The position numbers and the translations under genes are program-made. Positions 40,007-53,344 of a stretch of DNA of 64,000 bases are shown here, piece by piece. The notes beneath the pieces were generated by a model, which made no database searches, was not told the origin of the DNA, and saw nothing but the letters and a program-made list of their open reading frames with translations. The first letter of the stretch is position 1. Each line of letters opens with the position of its first letter. Source of the DNA: Octopus vulgaris (Eukaryota); assembly GCA_951406725.2 (NCBI GenBank), contig OX597815.1, forward strand, positions 9,734,001-9,798,000. Reading direction: 5' to 3'.

Positions 40007-40041
<35 letters not shown>
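38988..40041. repeat. ~1-kb compound (TA)n/(TACA)n/(CA)n microsatellite
   Basis: Direct inspection; source of the 300-aa YI/CMYV ORFs. Confidence 0.95.
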
Positions 40042-40042
<1 letters not shown>

Positions 40043-40429
40043 TATAATGCGGTTAGTGCTGAGATGCTGAAGAATTGTTTGAGAAAGTTTCCAAAAATAG
40101 CTTTTCATTTTGATATTCTTGATTAAAGAATAGATTTCAATCCACCAAATGACTCGTTTTAATGGCATATGGCTGTAAGAGCTTTGCTGGAAGAGAACAG
40201 TGCTAAATATGGAACACTTCGTTATAGAATTCTGTGATTTGAAGAGTTGTGATGGCTAGTATATAAAGAGAAGTCAAACATTGGCAGTGGTAGAGGCGCT
40301 ACTAATGGTGTGTTGAGTAGCTTCCAAGTCAGTTCTTGTTATTGTTGTTCGGTAGCTCAGATCAACTCTGAATTTGGCAGTAGTAGTTACAGATGCCAGA
40401 CTAGACTGTCGGAGGGAGGTGATTCTTTG

Positions 40430-40823
40430 CCTCCAACAATTCGGTGCGACACCGGTGCAGAATCGCCTCCCTCTGACAAGTCATCCTAACGAGACGTCTG
40501 CGTTGGCTGGGTCATGCCCTCCGTCGTCCATCGTCAACCAGGAGAATTCATCTACGAAGCAATTGCCCCAGCTCCCCTTCAGGGTTGCTGAAAGCGATGT
40601 GGTGGACAACAAAAAACGTGGCTGATGACAGTCAAGGCTGATCTGGAACCCAACCTAGGCCCCCGTACCTACGGCGTTCGCCACTGGAATAAGGAGTGGT
40701 CGGAGAGCACGCGGTCGTTAGCCTCAAATCGCCAGGCCTGGTCGGCGTTTGTGAGAGATGCAGCATTCAGGATGGATGAAGCCAGCTCAACCCACCCTGG
40801 GTGATTGCTGTGTCAAGTCAAGT
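40430..40823 (+). mobile_element. RTE-clade LINE 3' end
   Basis: RRLRWLGHALRR..GGQQKTWLMTVKADLEP..LASNRQAWSAFVRDA, ending in a (caagt)n tail. Confidence 0.85.
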
Positions 40824-41047
40824 AGACTGAGCAGATGTGTGACACAGTGACATGAAAGGTGTCCTCAATGCCTGGTTCTTGAGGAGATACATTTTAGGAT
40901 CCTGCATGAATTAAAAACTGGTACAAAACAAAAAAAACAGAGAAAATTTTATACCCTTTCATATATGCACACTCAGGATGAAGAGGGAGTTTAATGAATC
41001 AGGTGTAACCCACAGAGTTATTGCTTCAGATATACCTTCTATTAACT

Positions 41048-41412
41048 TATTTCTTTACTACCCACAGGGGGCTAAATACAGACCCCGAAAGGTTAAAAGG
41101 CAAAGTCGACCTCGGCGGAATTTGAACTCAGAACATAGCGGCAGATAAAATACCTATTTTTTTACAACCCACAAGAGGCTAAACACAGAGAGGACAAACA
41201 AGGACAGACAAATGAATTAAGTCGATTATATCGACCCCAGTGTATAACTGGTACTTATTTAATCAACCCCGCAAGGTTGAAAGGCAAAGTCGACCTCGGC
41301 GGAATTTGAACTCAGAAGGTAACGTCAGACGAAATACCTATTTCTATTTCTTTACTAACCACAAGGGGCTAAACACAGAAGGGACAAACAAGGACAGACA
41401 AATGGATTAAGT
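41048..41412 (-). mobile_element. SINE family B, headless partial trimer
   Basis: Three body units, the first internally deleted and the last truncated. Confidence 0.8.
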
Positions 41413-42409
41413 AATAGAAACAGAGAGAGAGAGAGAGATTACAGTTTGTTTCTTGAACATAATCAACATAAGCACTTTCCCTCTCCTCATAATGAAATGA
41501 GAAAAATGCTCACACACAAAGAGAGGTGGGGAGAGAATAAGAGATACATTAAGACATCCTGTGCCTAATAAGTCAGTTTCAAATCAGTGACACCAAAAAC
41601 AGCAATTCTAAAGAATCTCATACAAACTGTACACACACACTTACATAAGGTGACAGTGACACTGGTTGTGTTTTGCTCTCCACAGTCTAGTCTAATTCTG
41701 TATATGGAGACAGAGTCAAGGGTAGTTTTGGTGTGTGAGGAGACTTATGGCAAGCAGGTAGTCGAAACAATTAAGCACCAATCCCAGTTATATTATTTGA
41801 GATAAATCTTACCACCACTGAGAATCATAATTCACACTACAGCATACATTGGTGTATGCGTGTGTGTGGACACACGCATATAAACACACACAGGCATTCT
41901 TGCATATACACCTACACAATTTTTCCAATTTGCACACAAAGTAGTAAATTTCTGTTTGATATAAGGCAAATTAACATGTATTATTAAAGATACTGAAAAT
42001 TTTGGGCGTGGTAGAGAGGTAAAGAGAGAGAAAAGTAAAAAGAGAAAAGAGATCAGAGATTGAGCGAAAGAGAACGAAAGAAGAGCAAAAATATGGAGAG
42101 AGAGAAAGAGAGAGGGAGAACCATGAAAAGATAGGGGGAGAGAGTAAAAGGAGAAGAGCAATAAAGTAGAGAGAAGAAATAGTGAAGAAAGAGCAAAGTA
42201 ATAGAGAAATGCTTTTGGCAAAAGAAAAATTGTTTCTTTTGTTAACAAGGTGCAGGAGTGGCTGTGTGGTAAGTAGCTTGCTAACCAACCACATGGTTCT
42301 GGGTTCAGTCCCACTGCGTGGCATCTTGGGCAAGTGTCTTCTGCTATAGCCTCGGGCCGACCAAAGCCTTGTGAGTGGATTTGGTAGACGGAAACTGGAA
42401 GAAGCCTGT

Positions 42410-42478
<69 letters not shown>

Positions 42479-42824
42479 ATATGTCTGTGTGTCTGTGTTT
42501 GTCCCTCTAGCATTAGCATTGCTTGACAACCGATGCTGGTGTGTTTACGTCCCTGTCACTTAGCGGTTCGGCAACAGAGACCGATAGAATAAGTACTGGG
42601 CTTACAAAGAATAAGTCCCGGGGTCGATTTGCTCGACTAAAGGCAGTGCTCCAGCATGGCCACACAAATGACTGAAACAAGTAAAGAGTAAAAGAGTAAC
42701 CACCTTAATTTTGTTGGAAAATAAATTGTTGGTGATGGTCCCCCATAGTGAAATAGTTCTGGTCCCAGAATAATGACACACAGACAAACAGTTACATAGT
42801 TACCTATATATATAGCTATGGTAC

Positions 42825-43537
42825 GAACAAAACACATCGCTAAAATTGCTAAGAAGGCTGAGGTGCCTTGGCATCACTCATCAAGTCCTTTGTGAGCCGC
42901 TCTCTGGCTATCTATCTGCGGCTTTATATAGCTATGGTGCAACCTCACCTGGAATTTGCATCACCTGTCTGGAACCCCTATCTTGCCCAGGATATTAATT
43001 GTCTGGTAGCCATTCAGCGACGTGCAACCAAGAGAATACCCTCCTCCAGGCATTTGCCATATCCTGAACGCCTTACTTCCCTGGGCATGGACACATTGAA
43101 ACTCCGACGTCTGGCAGCTGACTTGGCAGACACCCATAAGATTATTAACCATCTTACAAACAATAACTCTGAGCACCTTTTCAAACTCCACCTGTCTAAC
43201 ACCCGTGGGCATGTTTACAAAGTCAGTAAACAGCACAGCTCCCATGACTTTCGGAAACATTTTTTCATGCTAAGAGTTGCTGAAGCATAGAACAAACTGC
43301 CGGCATCAGTTGTTAGTTGTTGGAGCACTGCATCCTTCAAAACTTCCATGCTTCCTGAGATTCGCCAACACTACACCTGATTTTCTCCCCTCCATACACA
43401 CAAGCAAGCATGTAATCTGACTCATACACTGTTCACTTCCCAGACATTTGTACATTACTGCATATACTTTATATGCACTTTTGACAAGTTGTGGTGCACC
43501 TGAGCACTGTATACAATAATTTCATTATTATTATTAT
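42825..43537 (+). mobile_element. CR1-clade LINE 3' fragment
   Basis: LYIAMVQPHLEFASPVWNPYLAQDINCLVAIQRRATK..LRRLAADL..TRGH..RKHFFMLRVAEA*NKLP, then 3'UTR and (ATT)n; another copy at 58451-58888. Confidence 0.9.
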
Positions 43538-44695
43538 ATAGTAAAACAGTGATGTTGTGGTAGTTGTGTCTATGATGGTGACACTGTCTAGTTGTGGCAT
43601 GAGGTGGTAGTGTGTGGCAGTGTATGATGGTGCTAGAGCTGGAATGGAGTAGTGGTACCCTATTATGATGATGATGATAGGGGTGATAATGGTACTTGTT
43701 GTTGCTATCGCAGTTTAAACCCAAATCAATCCCAATAGAACAAACTCTTGGCTGAAGTCATTCCAGCCATGGCCATTCTGTCTTTTTAGGAGTTTTCACG
43801 ATTACATTCTTTAATGTAGAAGCTCTTTGAAGTTGGCGGTACATATTAATGAGAGTGGTGGTTTCAGTGGTGGTTTCAGTGGTGGTTTCAGTGGTAAAGG
43901 GTGATGTATGTAGTTATGGTGTATAGTGGTAGAGGAGATGATGGTAAATGCTGTGAGAAATAAAAAGAAAAATCCATCAGAGAAAGATAACAACAATTAA
44001 AACTTCCCTAATGAAGTCCAATAAGACTCAAACATCCCCAGAATTATCCTTCTACTTACGAAACACTCACATACACACATTCCCCACTACATGTCCCCCT
44101 TCAGTTTTTAATCAATTCTGATTTCAGATTTGTCTTATTTGCATTTGCTGAAACTTATCAATATGACTAATGATTTCTGATGTAATTTAGTTAATTAAAT
44201 ATTTTCTTCAGTTTACTACATTAAGCATGTTAGCCACCATTTAGTGTTAAATAACTGAATTGTCATAGAAATAAAATATAACAAAACAACTACAGAGAAA
44301 AATTATTGATCTCTGAAGAGAAATGGTAATAATAATAGTGGTGATGATGATGGGGGTGGTGTAAGTTATTGAGGGAAGAGATGGTGTAGGGCCAAAAGCT
44401 TTATTTGATCCTTGGTAACATTCATTGGTTTCACAATTTCAATAGTGTTGGGTATTATGATGGACAATAATAAGAGTTGTTCAAAACATGAATGTTTAGA
44501 CCCAGTAATTGCAGTGTGTGGTGGTAGTATTAGCAGCATATAGTGATAGTAATGGTGATATGTAGTCATGTTGGTGTACGGGTGCTGATCCAGCCAAAAG
44601 AGTATTTTTAGTGGTAGATTGGCAATGGTTTGAAAAGTTATTCAAATAAGGCCAATCCATATACACTCTCGAAAATACATTCATATGCACACAGC

Positions 44696-45243
44696 AAGCA
44701 CAACCTCCAAACATTGGGTCTCACCGAGGCAATGACTAGTGACCGAGACCTATGGAAGTATGCTGTGCGTGAGAAGACCTGGCAGGACAAGTGAGACCAT
44801 AACCCGTGGCCTCTACCTGGGATGTAGCCAGTCCACTTATGCATGCCTTTCCTTCTTAGGATACAAAACTCTGCTTGCGAAGACCTGTTGAGGCAAGTGA
44901 AATTGAAATCGATCAAAAATTAATGAAATTTGTAGTTGTGATACCAGTGCCGGTGGCACATAAAAGAACCATCCGAACATGGCCGTTGCCAGCGCCGCTT
45001 CGACTGGCCTCCGTGCTGGTGGCACTTAAAAAGCACCAACCAATCATGGTCGTTGCCAGCCTCCTCTGGCACGTAAAAAGCATCCACTACACTCTCAGAG
45101 TGGTTGGCGTTAGGAAGGGCATCCAGCTGTAGAAACACTGCCAGATCAGACTGGAGCCTGGTGCAGCCTCCTGGCTTCCCAGACCCCAGTTGAACCGTCC
45201 AACCCATGCTAGCATGGAAGACGAACATTAAAGATGATGATGA
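44696..45243 (+). mobile_element. Family C RTE LINE: ORF C-terminus plus 3'UTR
   Basis: KHNLQTLGLTEAMTSDRDLWKYAVREKTWQDK* (stop 44792-44794) runs directly into the family C repeat. Confidence 0.85.
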
Positions 45244-46243
45244 TACACACATATGTGTAAGTGTGTGTGTGTGTGTGTGTGTGTGTAACCACATAGTTTT
45301 CGGTTCAGTTCCACTGCACAGCAAGTTGGGCAAGAGTCTTCTACAGGACTGATTAATGTCTTGTGAGTGAATATAGCAGATGGAAACTATGGGGAAGCCT
45401 TTCATAGGTGTATATGTGTATGTACATGTGAGTGCATGTATGTGTGTGTTTGTGTCTGAATTTTCCCCACTAAAAAAAAAGAAGGTTCGAGCGAGGTCAT
45501 TGCCAGTACCGTCTGACTGGCTCCTGTGCCGGTAGCACGTAAAAGGGCACCATTCGAGCATGACTGTTACCAACGTCACCTTACTGGCACCTGTGCCAGT
45601 GGCATGTGTAAAAAGATTTGAGCGAGGTCATTGCCAGTACCGCTTGACTGGCCCCCATGCCGGTGGCACGTAAAAAGCACCCACTTCACTCTCGGAGTGG
45701 TTGGCATTAGGAAGGGCATCCAGCTGTAGAAACTCTGCCAGATCAAGATTGGAGCCTGGTGCAGCCATCTGGTTTGCCAGCCCTCAATCATTCGTCCAAC
45801 CCATGCTAGCATGGAAAACGGACGTTAAACGATGAACGACCACCACCACTTGACAACTAGTGTTGGCTCATTTATATTCCCTGGCTAGCAGTTTAGCAAA
45901 AGCAACTAATAGATTAAATAACAGACTTACAAAACAAGTACCGGAGTCAATGTGTTCGACTGAAACCCATTCAAGGCAATGACTCAAAATATTTGCAGTT
46001 CCAAACGAGAATAAGATAAAAGATAAATATAGACACATAAACATGCACAAAGCATACAAGAGAAATATAGAAATATAGGTGCAGGAGTGGTTGCTGTGGT
46101 AAGTAGCTTGCTAACCAACCACATGGTTCTGGGTTCAGTCCCACTGCGTGGCACCTTGTGCAAGTGTCTTCTACTATAGCCTCAGGCCGACCAAAGCCTT
46201 GTGAGTGGATTTGGTAGACGGAAACTGAAAGAAGCCCGTCGTA

Positions 46244-46302
<59 letters not shown>

Positions 46303-47788
46303 CACCATCCGAGCGTGGCCGTCTGCCAGCCTCGTCTGGCACCTGTGTCGGTGGCACATAAAATCACCCACTACACTCTCGGAGTGGTTGGCGTTAGGAA
46401 GGGCATCCAGCTGTAGAAACACTGCCAGATCTGACTGGCCTGGTGCAGCCTTCGGGCTTGCCAGACCCCAGTTGAACCGTCCAACCCATGCTAGCATGGA
46501 AAGCGGACGTTAAACGATGATGATGATGATGATGATGATGATGTGCGTGTGTGTTTGTGTGTCTGTGTTTGTCCCCCTAGCACTGCTTGACAACCGATGC
46601 TGGTGTGTTTATGTCCCCCGTCACTTAGCGGTTCGGCAAAAGAGACCGATTGAATAAGTACTGGGCTTGCAAAAGAATAAGTCCCGGGGTTGATTTGCTC
46701 GACTAAAAGGCGGTGCTCCAGCATGGCCGCAGTCAAAATGACTGAAAACAAGTAAAAAAAAAAAAGAGAAATAAAGAAAGAAGGTGAGCAACATCCTTTG
46801 TATTATGTTTCAGTCTGTGTTTTTATTGCTAAACTCAGGTGCCAAGTTATTCAGTGAAAAAGACTGAAGCTGGCACTGAATTATGTCGTGCCTGTGAACA
46901 AAACAGCAATACAGTATTGATAGATTATTGATATCAGCAAATCTACCAGAAAGTATTTAGGACAGTCGACACAGCTTTCACATACACAATATTCAGTAAA
47001 ATGGTTAACAAAGAAATAAATAAACAAAGAGATCGGAGATCAAGGGAAGAAGAAGACGACCTAGCGGCTCCACCATTTTAATAGAATAATGTCAATGAGA
47101 TAAAAGAGATGAAGTTTTGAAGCTCAATGGATGAGGGATACAGAAGACTGAACTCTCTCTCTCTCTCTCTATCTCCAGGAATCTGAACTAAATTTATATC
47201 TAACTGTGTGATGCTTTGCACAAGTGTCTTTCACTGTAGTAAGCCTTGTGAGTTAAATTAAGTAGATGGAAACTGCATGGAATCCCATTGTGTGTATGTG
47301 TGTATGTGTGCATATCAGAGTGTAAAAATGTGTGTGTGAATAGACACACATAAATACACACACATATATATTCACACAATGACTGCACAGGAGTGGCTGT
47401 GTGGTAAGTAGCTTGTTTACCAACCAAATGGTTCCGGGTTCAATCCCACTGCGTGGCACCTTGGGCAAGTGTCTTCTGCTATAGCCCCGGGCCGACCAAA
47501 GCCTTGTGAGTGGATTTGGTAGACGGAAACTGAAAGAAGCCCGTCGTATATATGTATATATATGTATGTGTGCGTATGTGTTTGTGTGTCTGTGTTTGTC
47601 CCCCTAGCATTGCTTGACAACCGATGCTGGTGTGTTTACATCCCCGTCACTTAGCAGTTCGGCAAAAGAGACCGATAGAATAAGTACTGGGCTCGATTTG
47701 CTCGGCTAAAGTCGGTGCTCCAGCATGGCCACAGTCAAATGACTGAAACAAGTAAAAGAGTAAAAGAATAAAAGAGATATATATTAAA

Positions 47789-48163
47789 AATGGGGAAGAC
47801 TGGTGTATGAGATTACCTTAGGTTTCCTGTCCATAAACGGTTTAGCTTTATGGCATATCGTCAGACCCGAAAACCTGTTGACCTATGACCTTTTCAAAAT
47901 ATGGAGGGGGAAAAGTCTCACTACTCAAAGAGGTTCCTGCTAGCCTTTTGGAGCTGACAAGATGGCGGTGCAGCCAGAAGTTGATAGCCAATAGCAAAGG
48001 GAGATAATCCCCTATTGTTTACCTTGAGTAGAGAGGCTTTTCTCACTCCATATTTTGAAGAGGTCATAGGCCAACATGTTTTCGGGTCTGACGATATGCC
48101 ATAAAGCTAAACCCTTTATGGACAGGAAACCTAAGGTAATCCCATAATCCGCCCTTCCCCATT
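47789..48163. mobile_element. MITE with ~140-bp terminal inverted repeats
   Basis: aatggggaag..ttaccttaggtttcctgtccataaa..ctactcaa is mirrored by ttgagtag..tttatggacaggaaacctaaggtaa..cttccccatt. Confidence 0.8.
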
Positions 48164-49320
48164 GCCAATGCATACTGTTCTACATCTTAGAGTGTGCTTC
48201 TTCTCTGGATTTATGCTTTCTACAAACAATATATATATACATATACACACACACACACACACGCATACATACATGTATGCATGTGTGTGCCCATACATGC
48301 ATAAATATATATCATCAACATCCATTAACATCTCTTTTCCATGCAGGCATGAGTCGGACAGTTTGACAGGATCTGGTGAGACACAGAAATGCATCATGCT
48401 CCATGTTTGGTTTGGCATGTTTCCATAGCTGTATTTCCCTTCCTAACCCCCAACCATTTTACAGTGTGTACAGGTGTTTTACAGGTGTTTTATCTCATGC
48501 CACTAGCACAAGTAGGTCTGTAAAGTAACTTGCAAGACAGAAAAGAACTAGAAAAAGGAAAATAAAGGGAACAGAGAAAGCCCTTTTGACAAAGTTAGGG
48601 GACTATTTGAGAAGGTGGAGTGGAGGAGAGGAGATTCTACGGCAAGGGACAAATGGAGGTGTCTTGCTATGGAGAAGATACATGGCTATCTTCATGAAGC
48701 AAGGGGTAATATGGTCAGCAGGTCAGGAGGGGATAATAACAGATGGTTAGATATTGGGGTTGAGGTGAATGTAGAGAGTAAATCTGATTCCTCTTATGTA
48801 TAATTTCTCTCTCCGTACATTAGCACTCTGTTGTACATGCACACTAACATACAGGTATATGCAAACATACACACCTGGCTTAGTAGAAATGAGAAAAGTA
48901 TCGGAACTAAACACGTGCAGCAGATGGTTACTCTTTCAAAGAGACTGAGAAAGCAAACAAATTCGTGAAATCAGGAATACTATAAATTTTGCCATGATAA
49001 AACTTCTGTTGGACGTAAGATCAAAAGATATAGAATAAAAGTTGATTAAGTAATAAAAATAACCCATTCAGGAAACAAAAGAAAATATGGAGGAGATGTG
49101 GTGATGGGTGCAGACGTGGCTGTGTGGTAAGAAGTTTGCTTCTGAACCATAAGGCTCTGGGTTCAGTCCCACTGTGTTGTACCTTAAACAAATGTCATTT
49201 TTTATAGCCTCAAGCCAACCAAAGCCTTGTGAATAGATTTGGTAGATGGAAACTGAAAGAAGCTCATCGCATGTATATACATATATCTATGTGTGTGTGT
49301 GTGTGTGTTTGTCCCCTACC

Positions 49321-49736
49321 TATTTCTTTATTACCCACAAGGGGCTAAACGCAGAGGGGACAAACAAGGACAGACATAGGTATTAAGTCGATTACATCGA
49401 CCCCAGTGCGTAACTGGTACTTAATTTATCGACCCCGTAAGGATGAAAGGCAAAGTCGACCTCGGCGGAATTTGAACTCACAACATAACGGCAGACAAAA
49501 TATCTATTTCTTTATTACCCACAAGGGGCTAAACACAGAGGGGACAAACAAGGACAGACATAGGTATTAAGTCGATTACATCGACCCCAGTGCGTAACTG
49601 GTACTTAATTTATTGACCCCGAAAGGATGAAAGGCAAAGTTGACCTCGGCGGAATTTGAACTCACAACATAACGGCAGACGAAATACCGCTAAGCATTTC
49701 GCCCGGCATGCTAACGTTTCTGCCAGCTCACTGCCT
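49321..49736 (-). mobile_element. SINE family B dimer nested in a family A SINE
   Basis: TSD tttgtccc(c/a)tacc at 49308-49320 and 49737-49749. Confidence 0.9.
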
Positions 49737-52537
49737 TTTGTCCCATACCACTACTTAACAACCGGTGTTGCTATGTTTACATCCATATAACTTAATGGTT
49801 CAACACAAGAGACCAATAGACTAAATACCAGGCTTGAAAATAGATGAGAACGAGTGTCAATCTGTTTCGCCAAAATTCCTCAAAGTGGTGCCCCAGCATG
49901 GCCACAGTCTAATGACTGACACAAGTGAAAGATAAAATATAGCTTCTAAAATGTTTAATAGATTCAGCATGCATTTATGAAGATGTGAGCTGAAGGTGCT
50001 AGGGTACCATCTGTATCGCTGTGGATGTGTGGTGGTTAAGAAGTTCTCTTTGTAGCTTCAGGTTCATCCACTGCAAAGCACCTTGGTTAAGTGTCTGTCA
50101 TATACCATAGCTTTCAGTCAACCCAGACAGTGTAAGCGTAATTTGGTTGCTAGAAATAGTGTGGAGGATCATCAAAGCAACTCTTCCTGTCTGAAGATAA
50201 GTTACTTTTTTCCTCCCATCATTCAGAGAAATTCTAAAATTTTGAAACATAGGTCGTCCTTTTTTGTAATATATTATTACGATGCGTCCGGAGGCCAGTC
50301 GATGCAGCACGGACGCATCGACTGGCCTCCATGCTGGTAGCACGTAACAAACACCATCCGATCGTGGCCGTGCCAGCCTTGCCTGGCCTCCGTGCCGGTG
50401 GCACATAAAAAACACCATCCGAGCATGGCCGTTCGCCAGCCTTGTCTGGCACCTGTGTCGGTGGCACATAAAAAGCACCCACTACACTCACGGAGTGGTT
50501 GGCGTTAGGAAGGGCATCCAGCTGTAGAAACACCGCCAGATCTGACTGGCCTGGTGCAGCCTTCGGGCTTCCCAGACCCCAGTTGAACCGTCCAACCCAT
50601 GCTAGCATGGAAAGCAGACGTTAAACGATGATGATGATGATGATTATAAAAAGGTTCCAATCTCAATAAAGCCATTTTGTTGTGTCTCCTGGGCAATGTA
50701 CCTTAACAGTACTTGCTACGAAAATGATAAAATAAGATAAATTTTGAATGCCTTAAGAAGCGAGCTCTGATGTTCTGACGGATCTTTTTGAGAAAAATGT
50801 TTTCTTAACAAATGTTTCAGTTGTTTTTTGCCAGTAGTGGTTATTAATTGTTTCTTCAGATTCTGTTTTTTTTAAAGATTGATTAAATAAGAATATAATC
50901 TTGTAACAAATAATCTCAGCTGAGTTTGAGAAAACTTGTAACATGGACATAGCCTTAGGTATTTTCATCTGTATTTCAGTAAAATCCGCGTATTGAAAAT
51001 CTGCCTTGAAAATTTAATCTGATAAATTAATATTTGGAAATTTAAGAATTAGAAAATAGCCATTAATACAATTTAGAGGACAACACCAAATATGACCATA
51101 AATATAGTTTAGTGGACATAACTGTTGTACTATTATGTCCATTAATGCAGATTAGAAGACATAATGGTTATAACTACTAACACTTTATTTTAAAATATTA
51201 TTAGTCTAAATCATAACAACAACAGCAATTATGGTCATTAATATTAGAGGACATTATTATAATCACTAACACACTTAGCTGATATGAATATTAATTTATG
51301 ACATGTAAATTCAATTAATTCATGACATGTAAATTCAATATGATTTACACGACATAACTATTATGCCTACTAATATAGTTTAAATGATTAAACTTATTAT
51401 AGGAGAATATTGTAGTTTGCTTGAAGCATTATGTATTGTTTGTAAAGAATGAAAAGTTTTGAATAGTACAACAATGTACTATAATACAAACAATGGACTA
51501 TATACCTGTTGTAATTTAGTCATCCATAGTCTAATATGATATTTAGGAATAATATTCCTTCTTCAGATATAGTCGCTGCTATAATCGGTTAGCAGCGACT
51601 CCATCATCATCATCATCTTCGTCGTTTAACGACCGTTTTCCATGCTAGCATGGGTTGGATGGTTCGACCGGGGTCTGGGAAGCCAGGAGGCTGCACCAGG
51701 TTCCAGTCTGATCTGGCAGTGTTTCTACAGCTGGATGCCCTTCCTAACGCCAACCACTCTGTGAGTGTAGTGGGTGCTTTTTACGTGCCACCAGCACAGG
51801 TGCCAGGGGAGGCTGGCAATGGCCACGATCGGTTGGTGCTTTTTACGTGCCACTGGCACAGGGATCACAACTGCAATTTCCATTGTCTAAGAATAACTGA
51901 AGAAGGAATTGTATTTTGAAATATCATCGGACTATGGATAACTAACTTATTATGCTTCAATAAATTAAATTTTGTCATCTATTATCATCATTTTGTTTTT
52001 AATGTTTTGCTTTGTATTAGTTCAACCTCTATATTTATAACTGCTGTTCTTTTTTTTTGTTTTTAAGTAAAATATCAAAGTGCTCAACACACATTCACAG
52101 AGTCTTGTGGAGCACAGTACACATACAGACATACACACACATGTAGGATTGTATAGTTAAGAAGTTCACTTCCAGGTCATTTGACTTTAGGCTCAGTCAT
52201 ACTTTGCAGCAAGTATCATACTTTGGCCATCAGCCAAACAAAGCCTTGAGAATGGATTTGGTAGATGTAAACCAACAGAATCCTGTTGTATGCATCTGTG
52301 TATGCTTATGTCCCTTGTGTTGGAAATGGTAGTTAAGACACCTGTGCCGGTGACACGTAAAAAGTATTGTCCAAACGTGGCAGATGCCAGATAAAAATCA
52401 AAACTTAATGTGAAAAACAAGATGATAGGTATTAATCTCCAGCTGTCCCAGTTATAAGTTAAAGCTACAATATTCTTAACTGGACTCTAAATGGAACGAT
52501 CAAAATAGACAGGAAAATGGAGTAATCAAAATAGACA

Positions 52538-52912
52538 GGAAGATTTGTGCTCTCTGAGCACAAATCTTCCGTCAAGGTAACACCAATGTCCTCTCAACGA
52601 TTAGTCAAAGATGATTTTTAAAATGAGAATATCTGAAATAAACTCAACTTCTCTCACAAGCAAGAATACTAAAAATGAACCCAACCGCTCTCAAAAATTA
52701 AGTAAAAAAAAAAAAATGGAAAAATAATCCAGAATCCTTGTCCAGTACTGGATCGATCCCCAAATCTAATCAGTTTGTGCCAGTCATGAGGCCAAACATC
52801 CCTGAAAGATTCATCTAAATTCATCCAGAAGTTCTTGAGAGATCTTGTCCATGAACAAACAAACAAACACAACTGAAAACAATACCTCTGCCTTCGCTAA
52901 GGCAAAGGTAAT
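52538..52912 (-). mobile_element. Helentron/DINE-1-like non-autonomous element nested in the Dong copy
   Basis: Minus start ttattacctttgcc..ggcagaggta, (gttt)n core, 15-bp-stem terminal hairpin at 52538-52570; the Dong ORF resumes on both sides. Confidence 0.7.
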
Positions 52913-53123
52913 AATGACAGGATTTAGGATGCACCACCCAAAATCTGACACAGAAAGGTTATGTATACAACGTATAGAAGGTGGTAGAGGCCTTATACAG
53001 GTAGAAAACTACTACAAAATAATCACCATAGCACTACAGAGATACCTGTTTCAGAAGTAAGGAAAACTAATACAAATAACCACAAAACACGAACAAAGCA
53101 AAAAAACTGTTTTGAGTCTTTAA

Positions 53124-53344
53124 CCCTTTAGTGTTTAAACTGGCCAAATCCGGCCCAATATATTCTACATGTTTTATATTCAAACTGGCGATGTCTAGCC
53201 TCTCACACCTAACCTACAATGCCGTTCTAAAAATGAGTAATCACATCATTGAAACCTCAAAGTTGTAAGATGATCCAGGATTAATTCAAAACAATTTGAG
53301 TGAAAAAGTATTACATTTAACAGAGTAATCTGAACACTAAAGGG
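53124..53344. mobile_element. 221-bp piggyBac-type MITE nested in the Dong ORF
   Basis: TTAA|CCC...GGG|TTAA; removing it rejoins the Dong sequence. Confidence 0.85.

Noticed and set aside
41647-41700. Possible small minus-strand exon
   Set aside because: Plausible AG and GT, but only one short open frame and no other support; expected by chance.
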